Origin: a virus
Taxonomy: Duplodnaviria > Heunggongvirae > Uroviricota > Caudoviricetes
DNA: 64,000 nucleotides
Reading direction: 5' to 3' (one strand)
IMG/VR virus record: IMGVR_UViG_3300028379_000400
Coordinates: 1 to 64,000 of that record
In this document: piece after piece, positions 18,893 to 28,472 of the stretch
How the letters are laid out: every line of letters begins with the position of its first letter
How positions within the stretch are numbered: position 1 is the stretch's first letter
Notes under the pieces: generated by a model
Seen by the model: the letters and a program-made list of their open reading frames with translations, nothing else
Told to the model about the DNA's origin: nothing
The model's database searches: none
Translations under genes and position numbers: made by a program

Positions 18893-19192
18893 TCAGCGGG
18901 CGTGTTGAGTGCGGTGGAAACCGGGAGTGCCGGGCGCATAGGAGCCAAAGAGTTCTCTGGCGTGTGGCTTCAGTTGCGCATGCAGCTCGGCGCCTGCGGC
19001 CGTGACGCGATAAAGCGTGGAGAGGTGCTTGCGATCGTTCTCAAGAACGGTCGTTACTTCGCGCGTCTCCATGAGGCCGCGCTTCACCAGGTCGGCGAGC
19101 GCAAACTCGCCGCACGAAAAGTAGCCGCGCAGGTTCCATTGAGGAACGGCCCGACCCAATGCCTGGAACTGCCAGGCGCTGAGCAGCTTCAC
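18893..19192 (-). CDS. hypothetical protein (99 aa), possible winged-helix
   Basis: LADLVKRGLMETRE helix-turn-like segment. Confidence 0.35.
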   Translation of the reverse strand: MKLLSAWQFQALGRAVPQWNLRGYFSCGEFALADLVKRGLMETREVTTVLENDRKHLSTLYRVTAAGAELHAQLKPHARELFGSYAPGTPGFHRTQHAR

Positions 19193-19446
19193 GCCGCGAC
19201 CGCTGGTGCGGTTGGGACTTCCAGTTTTTCGAGGGCGGCCGCAACTCGGCGGAGCGCTCGCTCGGTATCGTGATGTCGGCTTGCCTTGGCGCGACGCTCG
19301 GCCTGCTTGCTGTCGGAGAGCCGCTTGCCGTTATGCGGCACCAATACCGCCCGGGCCTTGTCCGCGTGCCAGTCCGCGATCTGAGCGACGAGCTCAGAAT
19401 TCATGCCTTCTTGGAGCGCTCGTTCGACGGAGATTACGCAAATCAT
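19189..19446 (-). CDS. hypothetical protein (85 aa), first gene of leftward early operon
   Basis: ORF; followed upstream by 446-bp non-coding control region. Confidence 0.4.
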   Translation of the reverse strand: MICVISVERALQEGMNSELVAQIADWHADKARAVLVPHNGKRLSDSKQAERRAKASRHHDTERALRRVAAALEKLEVPTAPAVAA

Positions 19447-19521
19447 GGGATGGCCTCGCCGCTAAGAGAGACCGTGGTGTATAAGAAAATTACACAGTTG
19501 GCAATATAGATCGAAAAAAAA

Positions 19522-19541
19522 TGTGCAACGGTTGTGTGCAC
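19522..19541. promoter_or_regulatory. imperfect TGTGCA-type operator in PL-like control region
   Basis: TGTGCAACGGTTGTGTGCAC; related to the 19-bp palindromes at 48082, 51990, 58079. Confidence 0.35.
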
Positions 19542-19892
19542 CGCCTCGCGGATAGTTTATGCACTATGTCCAAATTGCGACGAACGCCGAGAACCAAGGC
19601 GCGCGATTCGACAGGCAACAGGCCCGAGTCACGCTCGTGTCACGCTGAAAGTTGCCAGGCGCGGGAGTTAACCATCCTGCGGCGCCGCACAAATAGGCAG
19701 GATCGGCGAGCAGCAATGCCGCCGCGGCGTATGTCCCAACCCGGCTCGGCCGTATAGGACGCCGTGATCTTCCCCACCTTCTTTGGCAGCAATCTGCCGG
19801 AGGGGGTAAGGGGGAGTTTGCGGCTTCGAGCCCACCCTCTCAACCGTATATTCGAAGAGATTGAGGTAGAGTCTGGGGTAGGGCGACGATGT

Positions 19893-20408
19893 CTAGTGAA
19901 GGGCGCAGGCGTCCAGGAACTGGCCTATTGCCACAGCGGAATTCTCCGGGGGCAGGCTGACGGACATCGACATCTTGTTGTTCGACGTCGAGACATTCAC
20001 CACGAGCTGGCGAGGGCTGTCGCGCAAGGCGGCGAGCACGTCCAACAGGTCCTGCGGGGCCGCTGCTACGGATGTCGCCTGCGAGTCGTTCTGAGTAACT
20101 TTGCCCGGCCACTTCGCTATGCCGGCGTTCCCGGGCGGGGCAAGCGTTATGGAAACCAGGTCGCCCCGACGGATCGAGAAGTTCTTAGTCGGCGCCCCGG
20201 CGATCGAAATTGTCGGCGCTATCCCGACCTCTCGTCCAGTGCAATCGAACATGACGGCGCCGTCCCCGGAGGCCGGCTGAGCAATTAGGTCGACGCTTCG
20301 TTTTGACGAGGAATCGTCAGAAACCAAGGCGCTCCAGGCGGCATTCGCCGGGCAGCAGACTGCCGTGGCGGCCAGAAAAACTCCGGCCGCCATTGATGCT
20401 TTCAACAT
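19893..20408 (-). CDS. exported protein (signal peptide), candidate superinfection-exclusion/lysogeny factor
   Basis: N-terminal MLKASMAAGVFLAATAVCCPANA signal; directly downstream of repressor gene. Confidence 0.45.
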   Translation of the reverse strand: MLKASMAAGVFLAATAVCCPANAAWSALVSDDSSSKRSVDLIAQPASGDGAVMFDCTGREVGIAPTISIAGAPTKNFSIRRGDLVSITLAPPGNAGIAKWPGKVTQNDSQATSVAAAPQDLLDVLAALRDSPRQLVVNVSTSNNKMSMSVSLPPENSAVAIGQFLDACALH

Positions 20409-20419
20409 GACGAGAGCTC

Positions 20420-21067
20420 CTATGCCCGCCGGTGCCGCGAGAACAGCCCGACCTTGCCGATGATGATATCGATGACGTCGATCTGCGTCGACTCGTCACC
20501 CTTCATCTCGATGTCGGTTTGCCACGCCGGATCCGTGCTATGCGGCCGGAGATTCCATTTCTTGCCATTCTTGACAAGAAGCTTGGCGGTATACTCCGCC
20601 ATGCCATGTTCGAGACGCCTGACGATAACCAGGTCCCCGTCCTCTGGGATTAGCCCAGTATCGCTGACGCTCACGCCCTGCAGGTATTCGCCCTCCATGG
20701 CGAACCTGTTAATCGATGTGCCCTCTACCTCCCACAGTCGCTGCGCCGCAGCCGGATAATCCGACCGCGGGCTGTACGGCATGTCAAAGGGAACGAAGGC
20801 CACTGTCCCCTCCTTCCACACGCCGGCCGCGACTCTACCAACCACCATAAGACCGCCCGCCCCCTCACCGACGCCGCTCTCAAGCCACATGAGCGGCTTT
20901 TTGGTTAGCTCCGAGATTTCCTCGAGCGTCTTCCGGTGTGGACGGACTAAGTCGCCTTCCCATTTAGCGACGGCGCTACGAGTTTTTCCGAGCGCGAGCG
21001 CGAACTCCTCCTGCGAGGAATAACCCGCGTCGCGTCGTGCCTTTATCATGCGCTGTCCGAATGTCAT
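20420..21067 (-). CDS. CI-like phage repressor (XRE HTH + S24 LexA-like peptidase domain)
   Basis: N-terminal HTH (SQEEFALALGKTRSAVAKWE), C-terminal S24-like fold with K residue region AKLLVKNGKKW. Confidence 0.7.
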   Translation of the reverse strand: MTFGQRMIKARRDAGYSSQEEFALALGKTRSAVAKWEGDLVRPHRKTLEEISELTKKPLMWLESGVGEGAGGLMVVGRVAAGVWKEGTVAFVPFDMPYSPRSDYPAAAQRLWEVEGTSINRFAMEGEYLQGVSVSDTGLIPEDGDLVIVRRLEHGMAEYTAKLLVKNGKKWNLRPHSTDPAWQTDIEMKGDESTQIDVIDIIIGKVGLFSRHRRA

Positions 21068-21114
21068 TTGTCCACTATAACGCATCGCGTTTTCACATGC
21101 ACCGACACTTTTGC

Positions 21115-21143
21115 TTGACGTCGATGTACCTTTAGATTATACA
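21115..21143 (+). promoter_or_regulatory. PR-like sigma70 promoter (TTGACG-17-TATACA)
   Basis: in divergent intergenic region between repressor and rightward operon. Confidence 0.4.
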
Positions 21144-21189
21144 CTATCGCCACGGCCGGTTAGGACCGAGTAAATCGTGCGGAGAGGCG

Positions 21190-21501
21190 ATGTCACTTCC
21201 ATCTTGGGTTCGGCGCGGAGTCGAATGCGTTTGCATCGACGATGCCTGGAACAACACCTTCGATATTCCCAGCGAAGGGCCGCATCCGAAGCGTGGTGAC
21301 CACTTCATCGTTGCCGACACGATCGAACTGCTTGGGGTTTGGTACATTACCGTCGCCGAACCTCATGTTGCTCCTGACTACTACGCCGTTTCTGGCTTTC
21401 GCGGCCTGACGGCAGCAGAGATCGCCGTATCGGCGCTGTGGAAACGCTGGCTCAAAGCCGCTGTCGGACAGTCGGCGGCCGAACTGGAGCCGGCGCTCTA
21501 G
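21190..21501 (+). CDS. hypothetical protein (103 aa), first rightward early gene
   Basis: GGAGAGG RBS; ORF. Confidence 0.45.
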   Translation: MSLPSWVRRGVECVCIDDAWNNTFDIPSEGPHPKRGDHFIVADTIELLGVWYITVAEPHVAPDYYAVSGFRGLTAAEIAVSALWKRWLKAAVGQSAAELEPAL

Positions 21502-21695
21502 TGTATTTCGGAGCCAAATTATTTGCCCGGCGCGACGTTGTCGCAGGGGCCTTTCTGAAATCGCTCGCCGACGAGGGCTGCAACCCTTGCCAATGAGCGA
21601 AATGAACTGCGGCGTGTGCCACTGCGCCGATCGCGAATGCCTCGAGTCCGCGCCTCGCGTCTACCAGGACAATGTTGCGCTGCTCGACCATATGA

Positions 21696-22181
21696 GTGTT
21701 CTCCAAGTTCGCGGCTTCAATGCGTATCCTTATCCATCAGAAGGATTTTGAGGTGTCCGAACTGAATTTGGAGGTCGGCAAATTATCTTCGCTGGCCGAG
21801 ATGCGGGCTCTAGTGCACGAGGTCGCGGACTTCGCTGCCCCATCTGACAATTGGAAAGATCGCGTGCAGGCGGCGGCCCGCGCTATCGGCCTCGAGTGGG
21901 AGAGGGCCAAGTCGTTTTACTACAAGACGGCACGCCGCGTTGATTCAGGGGAAATGGATAATGCCAGAGCGGCAGTTAAACGGCTTCGCATCGCCAACGA
22001 GCGACGCGAGGCAGCGCGGCACGTCGAATGGCTGCGCAGAACCGTCGAACATCTTCGCGAGGACGGCGGGCAATTCGACAGCGAAAGTCTTGATGTTCTT
22101 GAGCGTCTTGCTGGCGTCGTGGGCGCAGGAGGCGGCGCCGTGGTGGCCATGGCCGAAGGGGTAAACGGCGCCAGCGAATGA
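21696..22181 (+). CDS. hypothetical protein (161 aa)
   Basis: ORF; start ambiguous (MFSKF or MRILIHQ). Confidence 0.4.
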   Translation: MFSKFAASMRILIHQKDFEVSELNLEVGKLSSLAEMRALVHEVADFAAPSDNWKDRVQAAARAIGLEWERAKSFYYKTARRVDSGEMDNARAAVKRLRIANERREAARHVEWLRRTVEHLREDGGQFDSESLDVLERLAGVVGAGGGAVVAMAEGVNGASE

Positions 22182-22792
22182 CCGTCTACTTCATAAGGCG
22201 CGCTGGCGACGACCGAGGGTTGATCAAAATTGGTTTCGCCAACGATCTGGCGAGGCGATTGATGAACCTGAAGGTCGGCAATCCTGAAGGCTTCGAGGTG
22301 CTCTGTCAGATTCCTGGCGGTGCTGGCTTGGAGGCACATCTCCACGAGGAGCTGAAGGCCTATCGAGTATCTGGCGAATGGTTTGCCCCATCAGACGAGG
22401 TGTTCTGGGTCATCGAGAGGCTGAAGAGATTCGGCGTTCCTTCCGGCAAAGCAGACGCATCTCCGGCGACCCAGAGAAGCGTGGCGGAGGCCGATCGAGA
22501 GGATGTCGCGCAGGCTCGTGAACTCCTGATTAAGGCCGCAACAAATTGGCCTCCTACAGAGAATGCGAAGTCGATGCAGAGCACGCTCGCTGCACTGCTT
22601 GGCTGGTCCGAACGGCGGGTGCGGGCAATCTGGGAACGAGACGCGAGGCGCATCTCCTCCTGGGAGATGAAGGCTCTTTCAGAATTGGCGGATGAGGCAT
22701 GGCTTCTATCCCCGCATGGCAAGGTGATTGCTGACATGACGTCGAGAATTTCCGCCCTCGAATTGGCGCTGACCAAAGCAGGGATCAATTGA
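22178..22792 (+). CDS. T5orf172 (GIY-YIG-like) domain protein
   Basis: VYFIRRAGDDRGLIKIGFANDLARRLMNL ... LHEELKAYRVSGEWF matches T5orf172 pattern. Confidence 0.6.
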   Translation: MTVYFIRRAGDDRGLIKIGFANDLARRLMNLKVGNPEGFEVLCQIPGGAGLEAHLHEELKAYRVSGEWFAPSDEVFWVIERLKRFGVPSGKADASPATQRSVAEADREDVAQARELLIKAATNWPPTENAKSMQSTLAALLGWSERRVRAIWERDARRISSWEMKALSELADEAWLLSPHGKVIADMTSRISALELALTKAGIN

Positions 22793-23700
22793 TGCCGTTC
22801 ATTCCGCTCGAGATCAGCAATGGCCCGGCGCGTCCGTCTATCTTCGCATCGCTGAAGAAGATGGGCGCCAAGCCGGCGAAGACGACGCTTTACCTTGCCG
22901 CCGATGCATCAGCGAAGTTCGGCATCGTGGCCGGTGACCAGGTCGAGGTCATGCTGGGCACTGAAGAGCAGCACGGCATCCTCCGCATTCGGAAGGGCAA
23001 CGGTCCCGTCATCAAGCCAGCCGGCCCGAAGGGTGACCTCGCACTTTCTCTTGGGCACATCGACAGTTTCGTCGACCGGCAAGAGCGCAAGGCAGCGTGC
23101 ACCGTCGAGCTCGTCGATGATTGGGCAGAGATCGTGCTGCCGAAGTGGGCCGATGAGACCGCCCCGCGGCGAGTGATTGTCGCGCCGGCGCGGCCACTGC
23201 TTAAAGCCCCGGCGACAACTCACCGTCGTCGTCCGACGACTGGCCTTTGGGTGGGCAATGTGACCGCCGCAAGCCAAGGCGATCCGCCTCGCTCCCGATC
23301 AGCGTTGGTAATCGGTGCAGCGGAGAGAGCTGAGATGCGCGCGCAGCTCCGGACCGCCGAGTCAGAAATTCGCCGCGACAGCGAGGCGGAGGCGCGGCAG
23401 GAGTTGCGGGCTCGCCGAGAGGCAAGCGGCGCCAAAAGCGGACCGGGCACAAATCTGAGCAAGAGCCAGCGCGGCTTGTTGGCGGCCCTAGCGAAGGGCC
23501 ACGTGGTCGATAAGCCCGGCGTGCTTGCTGCCTCGAATTCAACCTCGCCTGACATTCGGATGGCGAGGGTGCTGATTGGCTATCTGCGTGCCAAATGCGA
23601 GGGAACTGGGCTGGTCATTAAGACTGTCCGCGGCGACGGCTACGTGCTCGACGAAGTCTCCTGCGAGATCGCCGGCAACATCCTGGCGGCATACGCATGA
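22789..23700 (+). CDS. hypothetical DNA-binding protein with OmpR-type winged helix C-terminus
   Basis: LVIKTVRGDGYVLDE resembles trans_reg_C wing. Confidence 0.4.
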   Translation: MMPFIPLEISNGPARPSIFASLKKMGAKPAKTTLYLAADASAKFGIVAGDQVEVMLGTEEQHGILRIRKGNGPVIKPAGPKGDLALSLGHIDSFVDRQERKAACTVELVDDWAEIVLPKWADETAPRRVIVAPARPLLKAPATTHRRRPTTGLWVGNVTAASQGDPPRSRSALVIGAAERAEMRAQLRTAESEIRRDSEAEARQELRARREASGAKSGPGTNLSKSQRGLLAALAKGHVVDKPGVLAASNSTSPDIRMARVLIGYLRAKCEGTGLVIKTVRGDGYVLDEVSCEIAGNILAAYA

Positions 23701-24242
23701 CCTGCATCGTTGGGCTTGTGCACGGCGGCAAGGTCCATATCGGCGGCGACAGCGCTGGTGTTGCTGGCCTGGATTTGACTGTCAGGAGCGATGCCAAGGT
23801 CTTCGAGAACGACGGGTTCGTCTTCGGCTTCACCACAAGCTTTCGCATGGGAAACCTGTTGCAGCATGCGTTGACGCCGCCGCGCCGTCATCCTGACGAT
23901 GATGTCCATAAATTCATGGTCACGGATTTCATTAATGCCGTTCGCGCATGCCTCAAGGACGGTGGCTTCTCGAAGAAAGAGAACAACGTCGAAGAGGGCG
24001 GGACGTTTCTCGTCGGATACGCTGGCCGGCTTTTCTACATCGACGAGGATTTTCAGGTGGGCGAGACCGCTTCCGGATATGCGGCCTGCGGCTGTGGCAA
24101 CAGCATCGCTCTTGGCGCGCTATATGCATCCGAAGGCATGTCGCCGAAGAAGCGAGTTCGCCAAGCTCTTAAGGCGGCGGAACAATTCAGCGCCGGTGTA
24201 CGCGGCCCATTCAATATCGTCAGCACCGAGGTCGCCCCGTGA
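23697..24242 (+). CDS. HslV/proteasome-like Ntn hydrolase
   Basis: MTCIVGLVHGGKVHIGGDSAGV - Thr2 nucleophile and Gly-rich HslV-like N-terminus. Confidence 0.55.
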   Translation: MTCIVGLVHGGKVHIGGDSAGVAGLDLTVRSDAKVFENDGFVFGFTTSFRMGNLLQHALTPPRRHPDDDVHKFMVTDFINAVRACLKDGGFSKKENNVEEGGTFLVGYAGRLFYIDEDFQVGETASGYAACGCGNSIALGALYASEGMSPKKRVRQALKAAEQFSAGVRGPFNIVSTEVAP

Positions 24243-24979
24243 CGATCTTGTTTGCTGGCATGGGGTCGCATCAAAGCGGTAAGTCTGTCACCGACAACTG
24301 GTTCACGCCGCCTGCGATCATCGAAGCGCTCGGCGGTGCAGGCAGCTTTGATCTCGATCCGTGCTCCGGCGCCGATCGTCCGTTCGCTACTGCGCTGCAC
24401 CACTTCAGCCCGGAGGATAACGGCCTCCGTCTCAATTGGTGGGGCAGGATATGGCTCAATCCGCCGTACTCCAATCCGCTGCTAGCCCGTTTCCTGGCCC
24501 GGATGGCCGCGCACGGACGCGGCACTGCCTTGATCTTCGCCAGAACTGAGACAGCCGCGTTCCGCCGCTTCGTCTGGAGCGTCGCCACCGGCGTCATGTT
24601 CTTGAATGGGCGGCTGAATTTCCATCATGCCGATGGTCGACGCGCTATCCGCAACGGCGGCGCGCCATCGGTGCTGATCGCTTATGGCGACGATGATCGC
24701 GACATCCTTGCGGCCGCGCCGATCGACGGCACTTTTATCCCGCTCCGTCTTCCCACAACGATGCTGGTGAGCTGGGTAAATGCCACCTGGGCACAAGCGC
24801 TCGAGTCCTTTTTCGCCGGCCAAGATGGTCCGGTGTCGCTCGGTGACCTCTATCGCGCCTTTGCCAACCATCCGAAGTCGCGCAGCAATCAGCACTGGAA
24901 AGACAAGCTGCGGCAAATGCTGCAGCGCGGCACTTACGAGAGGGTCGACAAGGGCTTGTGGCAGAGGAGAGCTGCATGA
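24239..24979 (+). CDS. phage Dam-family DNA N6-adenine methyltransferase
   Basis: WFTPP, LDPCSG, NPPYS motifs. Confidence 0.7.
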   Translation: MTILFAGMGSHQSGKSVTDNWFTPPAIIEALGGAGSFDLDPCSGADRPFATALHHFSPEDNGLRLNWWGRIWLNPPYSNPLLARFLARMAAHGRGTALIFARTETAAFRRFVWSVATGVMFLNGRLNFHHADGRRAIRNGGAPSVLIAYGDDDRDILAAAPIDGTFIPLRLPTTMLVSWVNATWAQALESFFAGQDGPVSLGDLYRAFANHPKSRSNQHWKDKLRQMLQRGTYERVDKGLWQRRAA

Positions 24980-25701
24980 ACGAAACACTATTCCCCATGC
25001 CGGCGATCCTCACGACACGCTTCGCATTCGTCGACAAGATGGCGGCGGAGTTCGCAGCCATCCGGCCGCCCGGCGGCTTCAACGTCGCCTTGATAGATGC
25101 CCCGTGGGAATTCCAGACCTTCAGCGACAAGGGGCAAGGTAAGGGCCCCGGCAGGCACTACAACACGATGTCGGTGGAGGAGATCTCTGCGATCCCCGTC
25201 GACATGTTGATGGCTGACAATTCGTCGGCGCTCGCCTGGTTCACATGGCCTTTGGCGATGCGCTGGCGAGAAGTCATTGAGGCGTGGGGTTTCGATTACG
25301 CCGGCCTCGGCTGGGAATGGCTGAAGTTCAACCCCAAGACCGGCAAATATGCATTTGGCGGCGGCTATGGGACGCGCAAGAACGTCGAGCCATGTCTGCT
25401 GCTGACGCGCGGTGATCCACAGCTACGCCAGCCGATCGAGAGCTCCATGCTCGGCGAGGCGGTAATCCCCGAGGGCGTGCACAGCGTCCGCGATTTCATT
25501 GAGGCCATGCCGTTGGACGCGATCCGCGCGCCTCGGCGGCAGCACTCCAGAAAACCCGATGAGCAATACGAGCGCATCGAGACACTGTTCGATGGACCAT
25601 ACGTCGAGCTCTTCAGTAGAGCCGACCGGCCCGGATGGACAGCATGGGGGGATCAAGTCGGTCTCCTCAACTCCGCAAAGTCGGAGTCGATCGCCGCCTA
25701 G
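24976..25701 (+). CDS. MT-A70 family N6-adenine methyltransferase
   Basis: IDAPWEF (DPPW) and HSRKPDE motifs. Confidence 0.7.
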   Translation: MNETLFPMPAILTTRFAFVDKMAAEFAAIRPPGGFNVALIDAPWEFQTFSDKGQGKGPGRHYNTMSVEEISAIPVDMLMADNSSALAWFTWPLAMRWREVIEAWGFDYAGLGWEWLKFNPKTGKYAFGGGYGTRKNVEPCLLLTRGDPQLRQPIESSMLGEAVIPEGVHSVRDFIEAMPLDAIRAPRRQHSRKPDEQYERIETLFDGPYVELFSRADRPGWTAWGDQVGLLNSAKSESIAA

Positions 25702-25740
25702 CGCGGCCCCCGCGGAAATGTCCGCAACTAAGGAATCCGT

Positions 25741-26013
25741 ATGACCACCAAGACCGAACTCATTGGGGCAGTCGCTGCTGCCACCGGCCAGACTTTGGCA
25801 ACCACCCGCGAGATCGTCGACGCGACGATCGATGTCATCGGCGTCAATCTTGTCTTCGGTAACGAGGTCAAGCTCGTTGGACTCGGCGTCTTCACCGTGA
25901 AGGACACGCCGGCCAAGGCAGGGCGCAATCCCGCGACAGGCGCAGCGATCACGATCGCCGCCGGCCGCCGCATCGGCTTCAAGCCGGGCAAGGATCTCAA
26001 GGCGCGCCTCTAA
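25741..26013 (+). CDS. HU/IHF family DNA-binding protein
   Basis: full-length 90-aa HU pattern incl. GFGxF-like arm and RNPxTG. Confidence 0.85.
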   Translation: MTTKTELIGAVAAATGQTLATTREIVDATIDVIGVNLVFGNEVKLVGLGVFTVKDTPAKAGRNPATGAAITIAAGRRIGFKPGKDLKARL

Positions 26014-26047
26014 GCAGCCTGCCACATCAACAGCATAGGAGACTTCC

Positions 26048-26827
26048 ATGGCGCGCAAGCCGTCCGGGAAGACTAAGCCCAAGCTCGCCCCTGTGGGCGG
26101 CTCGGCAAGCGTTGGCCACAACAGTGGCGCGACCGCAGAACAGATCACCGACGACCAGCTTCAGGCGTTGACGCGCCAGCATGCCGCCAAGCGTGCCCGT
26201 CTCGTCGCGGCCGAGAAGACCGCGCGTTCCGATCGCATGAACTTCGACAAGGTCATCAAGTCGGATCTCGGCGCCAATGGCCTGAAGGACATCAAGCTGC
26301 TCGAGCAGCTCTCGACGCCTGAAGGCGAGGCGGCACTGAAGGCTGAGCTGGAGCGCCAGATGCGCGCCGCCCGCTGGGCCGGTCTCGCGATCGGGACGCA
26401 GGCCAATATGTTCGGCCCCGATATCCGCTCCCTGCGTGAACGCGCCTTCGAAGAGGGCAAGCGCGCCGGCATGGAAAGCACCGGCCCGCTCAACCCGCCT
26501 GCCAACTACTCGCCGGGCAGCGAAGGATACGAGGGCTACATCGAAGGCTGGCACGTCGGTCAGGCGGCCATCAACAAGATCGGCAAGCCTGCGTCGGATG
26601 AAGGGCACGTGCTGCGCCCCGCTGAAAACGAAGAGCCAGGGCCGGACGCGTTCGACGACGCTGCCGATGGCGGCAATGGCCACGTCGAGGCCGGCCCCGA
26701 AGATGGGGACAATGGCGAGGAACCGGCGCCTCCCGGCGCCGAGCCGGCCGCTGAAGGTTCTCCGCCGGCTGATCCGTGGCCCGACGATGCCAAGCTGGGC
26801 AATCGCCAGCCGGCTGAGGTGCTCTAG
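26048..26827 (+). CDS. hypothetical protein with acidic low-complexity tail
   Basis: AGGAGA RBS; ORF. Confidence 0.45.
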   Translation: MARKPSGKTKPKLAPVGGSASVGHNSGATAEQITDDQLQALTRQHAAKRARLVAAEKTARSDRMNFDKVIKSDLGANGLKDIKLLEQLSTPEGEAALKAELERQMRAARWAGLAIGTQANMFGPDIRSLRERAFEEGKRAGMESTGPLNPPANYSPGSEGYEGYIEGWHVGQAAINKIGKPASDEGHVLRPAENEEPGPDAFDDAADGGNGHVEAGPEDGDNGEEPAPPGAEPAAEGSPPADPWPDDAKLGNRQPAEVL

Positions 26828-26829
26828 CC

Positions 26830-27855
26830 ATGTCAATCCTCCCGCGCACCGACGTCTACCTGGCAGTCACCGCGGAGCTGAAGGCCAACGGATACCGGTG
26901 GCGGGAGGAGTTTGGCGGCAAGCACGGCAAGCTGATCGTTGACGTCGGCGGCCACGAAAAGACGGTCGTGGTGTCGCTGACGCCAAGCGATCACCGCGCT
27001 GTTCGCAATGCGCTGGGCTGGCTGCGGCGCGACATGAAGAACTGGACAGCCGAACTGTCGGCCACGAAGGACAACGCTTTGTCTACCTCACGCAATGAAA
27101 TTGAAATCCATGTCGTTCGCGATGAGCCAAGGGTTCTTGACCTCGACCTCGGGCGCCGTCTCGCCTACGGTCGCCCGGAGCGCATACGCGATGTCATCAA
27201 GCGTCACGAAGACGAGTTCCTGGCGATGGGAGGTTTACCGCACACTGCGGTAAACCCCGGAAACGCTGGGGGTCGGCCGTCCAAGGCCTTCTATCTCAAT
27301 GAAGAGCAAGCACTGCTAGCGGCGGTGCTCAGTGAAACGCCGGCGGCATCGACCGTCCGCGCGACCTTGATCAGGTCCTTCGTGGCGTGGCGTCGCGCCA
27401 AGATGCTGCCAACCGAAGAGGCAGAACGAACCTTCGGCATCGCCAAGCAGGTGAACCACAAGATCACCGTTCTGGAGAAGCAGGTCGACGAGATCCTGCG
27501 CTTCATTACGTCGCCGTCCGGTCAGACGGTCCCCGCATTCAATCTCGCAGGAACGGTGACCGCCCTTGCCATCATAGAAATGGCTGGAGTTCCTCAGCGC
27601 GAGCGTGTGCGCGGCACTTCCTCTGTCGTGACCAGACAGATGAAGGATTTCTGCCTGAAACATTCCTACGGCGCCTTCCCGACGCCGACCCACATCGACC
27701 CCGACGGGCGGTGGCGCTTCCCACGTGAGGCGGCGGCGGAATGGCTGACCGGCCCGTCTCAGGGTTCGGAGGTCATCCGATCGCACGTCGCCCGACATCG
27801 CCGAGAGAGTGCGGCTGGGCAAATCGCCATGCAACTCGTGAGCAGTCGTCCATGA
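26830..27855 (+). CDS. hypothetical protein (341 aa), possible KilA-N/Bro-N-like middle domain
   Basis: EIEIHVVRDEPRVLDLDLGRRLAYGRPERIRDVIKRH weak resemblance. Confidence 0.4.
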   Translation: MSILPRTDVYLAVTAELKANGYRWREEFGGKHGKLIVDVGGHEKTVVVSLTPSDHRAVRNALGWLRRDMKNWTAELSATKDNALSTSRNEIEIHVVRDEPRVLDLDLGRRLAYGRPERIRDVIKRHEDEFLAMGGLPHTAVNPGNAGGRPSKAFYLNEEQALLAAVLSETPAASTVRATLIRSFVAWRRAKMLPTEEAERTFGIAKQVNHKITVLEKQVDEILRFITSPSGQTVPAFNLAGTVTALAIIEMAGVPQRERVRGTSSVVTRQMKDFCLKHSYGAFPTPTHIDPDGRWRFPREAAAEWLTGPSQGSEVIRSHVARHRRESAAGQIAMQLVSSRP

Positions 27856-28472
27856 TCCTTGCCGGCCTCGATATCGCGACCGTCACAGGCGTTGCCCTGA
27901 TGAAGGATGGGAAGATCACGACCCAGACCTTCCGAGCAGACGGCAAGAAGCGCTTCCTCGAGCGCGACGATGACAAGTCAATCGACGCAGTCCGCATGGG
28001 CATGGCGTTCCGCAGCTTCGAGGATTTCCTCACAGCCTTCCTTCTCAACAACTCGGTTGATGCCGTCGCGATCGAAGCGCCGCTCAACACCAATTTCCAG
28101 CGCAAGAAGCTGGTCACCAATGCCGATGCGATTTTCGCGGGGCAATCCAAGAACTGGGAAAATGTGGGCGGCGCCAGCTTGGCGACGTTCTTCAAAATCC
28201 ACGGGCTCGAGGCCGTTGCGCTGGCCGTGTGCACCCGCTGGAACATTCCGGCCGAGTTCGTCAATCAGGGGACTTGGCGCAAAGAGTTTCTCGGCAACGG
28301 CCGGCCAAAGGACCCCAAGAAGGAAGCGCGTCTCATGTGCATCCGGCTGGGGATTGAATGCACGAGCGACGATGCCGCCGAGTCCGCCGGTGTCGTGACC
28401 TGGCTCAACAACAAGCTCAATCCGTACGGCATCCGTCGGGCCAACGATCTGTTCAAGGCGGCGACCACATGA
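27852..28472 (+). CDS. RuvC-like Holliday junction resolvase
   Basis: MILAGLDIATVTG like RuvC N-terminus; ATGA coupling. Confidence 0.6.
   Translation: MILAGLDIATVTGVALMKDGKITTQTFRADGKKRFLERDDDKSIDAVRMGMAFRSFEDFLTAFLLNNSVDAVAIEAPLNTNFQRKKLVTNADAIFAGQSKNWENVGGASLATFFKIHGLEAVALAVCTRWNIPAEFVNQGTWRKEFLGNGRPKDPKKEARLMCIRLGIECTSDDAAESAGVVTWLNNKLNPYGIRRANDLFKAATT

Noticed and set aside
19447-19892. Searched for an integrase or attachment site around the immunity region and window ends
   Set aside because: No tyrosine or serine recombinase signature in any frame, and no obvious direct repeat of the tmRNA acceptor piece.
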